A DNA stretch of 64,000 bases from Paludibacteraceae bacterium (lineage in GTDB: Bacteria; Bacteroidota; Bacteroidia; Bacteroidales; Paludibacteraceae). The stretch spans positions 9,083-73,082 of the forward strand of contig JAZLGG010000003.1 of NCBI GenBank assembly GCA_045616185.1, given 5' to 3'. Positions 62,934-64,000 of this stretch are shown here, piece after piece; within the stretch, counting starts at the first letter, position 1; every line of letters begins with the position of its first letter. The position numbers and the translations under genes were made by a program. The notes under the pieces are model-generated. The model searched no databases. It was not told the origin of the DNA and saw nothing but the letters and a program-made list of their open reading frames with translations.

Positions 62934-63790
62934 TTCTCTCCCCAGTGCATTTTGTTCTTCAGCGATCGGATAAACGAGTTGTCGTCTATCTGTACCAGTT
63001 TGATAGTGTGCGGGGCTTTCTCGATATGCAGGGTAATGTCCTCTCCCATTGTGTGTCCGCGGCCGTCCACGCTGACCATATAGGTCGTTCCCGCACGGCT
63101 GGTGGTGTGTATGTCTATCGTTTTGTTGTCGGCTATTACCAAGGGTCTGACCGTCAGACTGTGGGAGGCCAGCGGGGTCAGTACGATGCCGTTCACATCG
63201 GGCATCATGATGGGGCCGCCTATACTCAAGTTGTAGGCAGTACTGCCTGTGGCGGTGGATATAATCAGTCCGTCGGCGTTGTAGGTGTGCAGGTATTCGC
63301 CGTTAAGCAGCACCTCGATGAATAGCATGCTACTCGGTCCGTTGTGTTGGATGGCCACTTCGTTCAGAGCGTAGGGAGAAGCCAAATAGCCGCCTTCGGA
63401 GCAGGTAACGTGCAGTAACGACCGTTCTTCCAATGTGTATTTGCCTTGAATGAGCAGGTCAAGGATATAGTCCATGTCGCGGGTCTGTACGTTGGTCAGG
63501 AATCCGAGATGTCCGCAGTTGATGCCGAGGATGGGAATATCGCTGTCGCCCACGGCGGAGGCGGTAGTTAAGAAAGTGCCGTCACCGCCGATGGACAGGA
63601 CAAAATCGACATTTTGTTCTCTTTGTCCGTTCTCGTGGATGAAAGGCTGGAACTGGCGCAGGCTCATTTCGCTCCTTAGTTCTTGGGACAACACGATATC
63701 AATGCCCCGTAGTTGCAGGAACTCAATCAGATGTGCCAAATCTTCCTTGATGGCGGCCTTCATCGAATTGCCGAAGATTGCTATTTTCAT
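62930..63790 (-). CDS. nadK: NAD kinase
   Basis: Whole track ORF. SIGGDGTFL, GINCGHLGFL, NADGLIISTATGSTAYNLS.GGP. Confidence 0.93.
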   Translation of the reverse strand: MKIAIFGNSMKAAIKEDLAHLIEFLQLRGIDIVLSQELRSEMSLRQFQPFIHENGQREQNVDFVLSIGGDGTFLTTASAVGDSDIPILGINCGHLGFLTNVQTRDMDYILDLLIQGKYTLEERSLLHVTCSEGGYLASPYALNEVAIQHNGPSSMLFIEVLLNGEYLHTYNADGLIISTATGSTAYNLSIGGPIMMPDVNGIVLTPLASHSLTVRPLVIADNKTIDIHTTSRAGTTYMVSVDGRGHTMGEDITLHIEKAPHTIKLVQIDDNSFIRSLKNKMHWGEK

Positions 63791-63808
63791 GGTGTTATAT
63801 TTGATTTT

Positions 63809-63836
63809 CTAAACTCTAAACTCTAAACTCTAAACT
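63809..63836 (+). repeat. perfect tandem heptamer ctaaact, four copies
   Basis: Read directly from the sequence. Lies between the nadK start and the panB stop; the last unit contains the panB stop codon. The same word occurs at 5111-5145. Confidence 0.9.
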
Positions 63837-64000
63837 AATAACTCTCCTCTGCATTTGGAAATGTCCCCTCCTTTACGGCTTGCACATAGTCTCCCACGGC
63901 ATTTTTCACGGCCTCGCCCAATTGTCCGAACTGCCGTAGGAACTTCGGTTTGAAGCCTTGGTTCATGCCTAACATGTCGTGCAGAACCAGTACTTGTCCG
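63835..64000 (-). CDS. panB: 3-methyl-2-oxobutanoate hydroxymethyltransferase, C-terminal fragment (N-terminus beyond the window end)
   Basis: Hand translation of the minus strand from 63999: [54 protein letters not shown], then TAG (63837-63835). This is typical of the PanB C-terminus. Confidence 0.85.
   Translation of the reverse strand, partial: GQVLVLHDMLGMNQGFKPKFLRQFGQLGEAVKNAVGDYVQAVKEGTFPNAEESY

Noticed and set aside
1-64000. tRNA, rRNA, tmRNA, IS elements, prophage genes, and toxin-antitoxin or defence-system genes
   Set aside because: I scanned intergenic regions by eye for T-loop (GGTTCGAATCC-like) and anticodon-stem patterns, and the ORF list for the relevant protein families. 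None was found. The only ttcgaa-type hits lie inside coding sequences.

Overview
This window looks like a Bacteroidales (Bacteroidota) chromosomal segment. Support: 14 TAnnTTTG -7 promoter boxes, a T9SS C-terminal sorting domain, and the core genes OmpH, YidC, SecA, Lgt, ThyA and FolA. Hand counts on sample lines give GC in the mid-50s percent. I support 48 protein-coding genes, two of them cut by the window edges. I saw no rRNA, tRNA, CRISPR array, transposase or integrase. Most genes are housekeeping: mutS2, folK, gdhA, kbl, rsmE, yidC, folA, thyA, secA, lgt, fmt, nadK and panB.

Standouts:
1. A 7.4-kb stand-alone bimodular NRPS ending in a thioester reductase (C-A-T-C-A-T-R, 14139-21506). 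It has no accessory biosynthetic genes nearby and is translationally coupled to rsmE. The predicted product is an N-capped dipeptide aldehyde or pyrazinone.
2. An exact 33-nt sequence inserted in frame twice in that NRPS. It is built from the same short sequence words that make up the intergenic repeats.
3. A family of mosaic intergenic repeats at eight or more loci, made of tandem 7-11-nt words. A structured ~55-160-nt element occurs in three copies: upstream of the NRPS and secA promoters, and supplying the C-terminal codons of two genes.
4. A four-gene minus-strand operon encoding three paralogous B-repeat surface proteins (one with a T9SS sorting domain) plus an outer-membrane beta-barrel. 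An abrupt drop from about 57% to 28-35% GC falls inside the operon.
5. A low-GC GT2 gene preceded by ~1 kb of non-coding DNA. That DNA holds a promoter, a perfect 8-4-8 palindrome and a possible ~180-nt structured RNA.

Start codons were adjusted by hand where a promoter box, a signal peptide or a stop/start overlap argued against the longest ORF.
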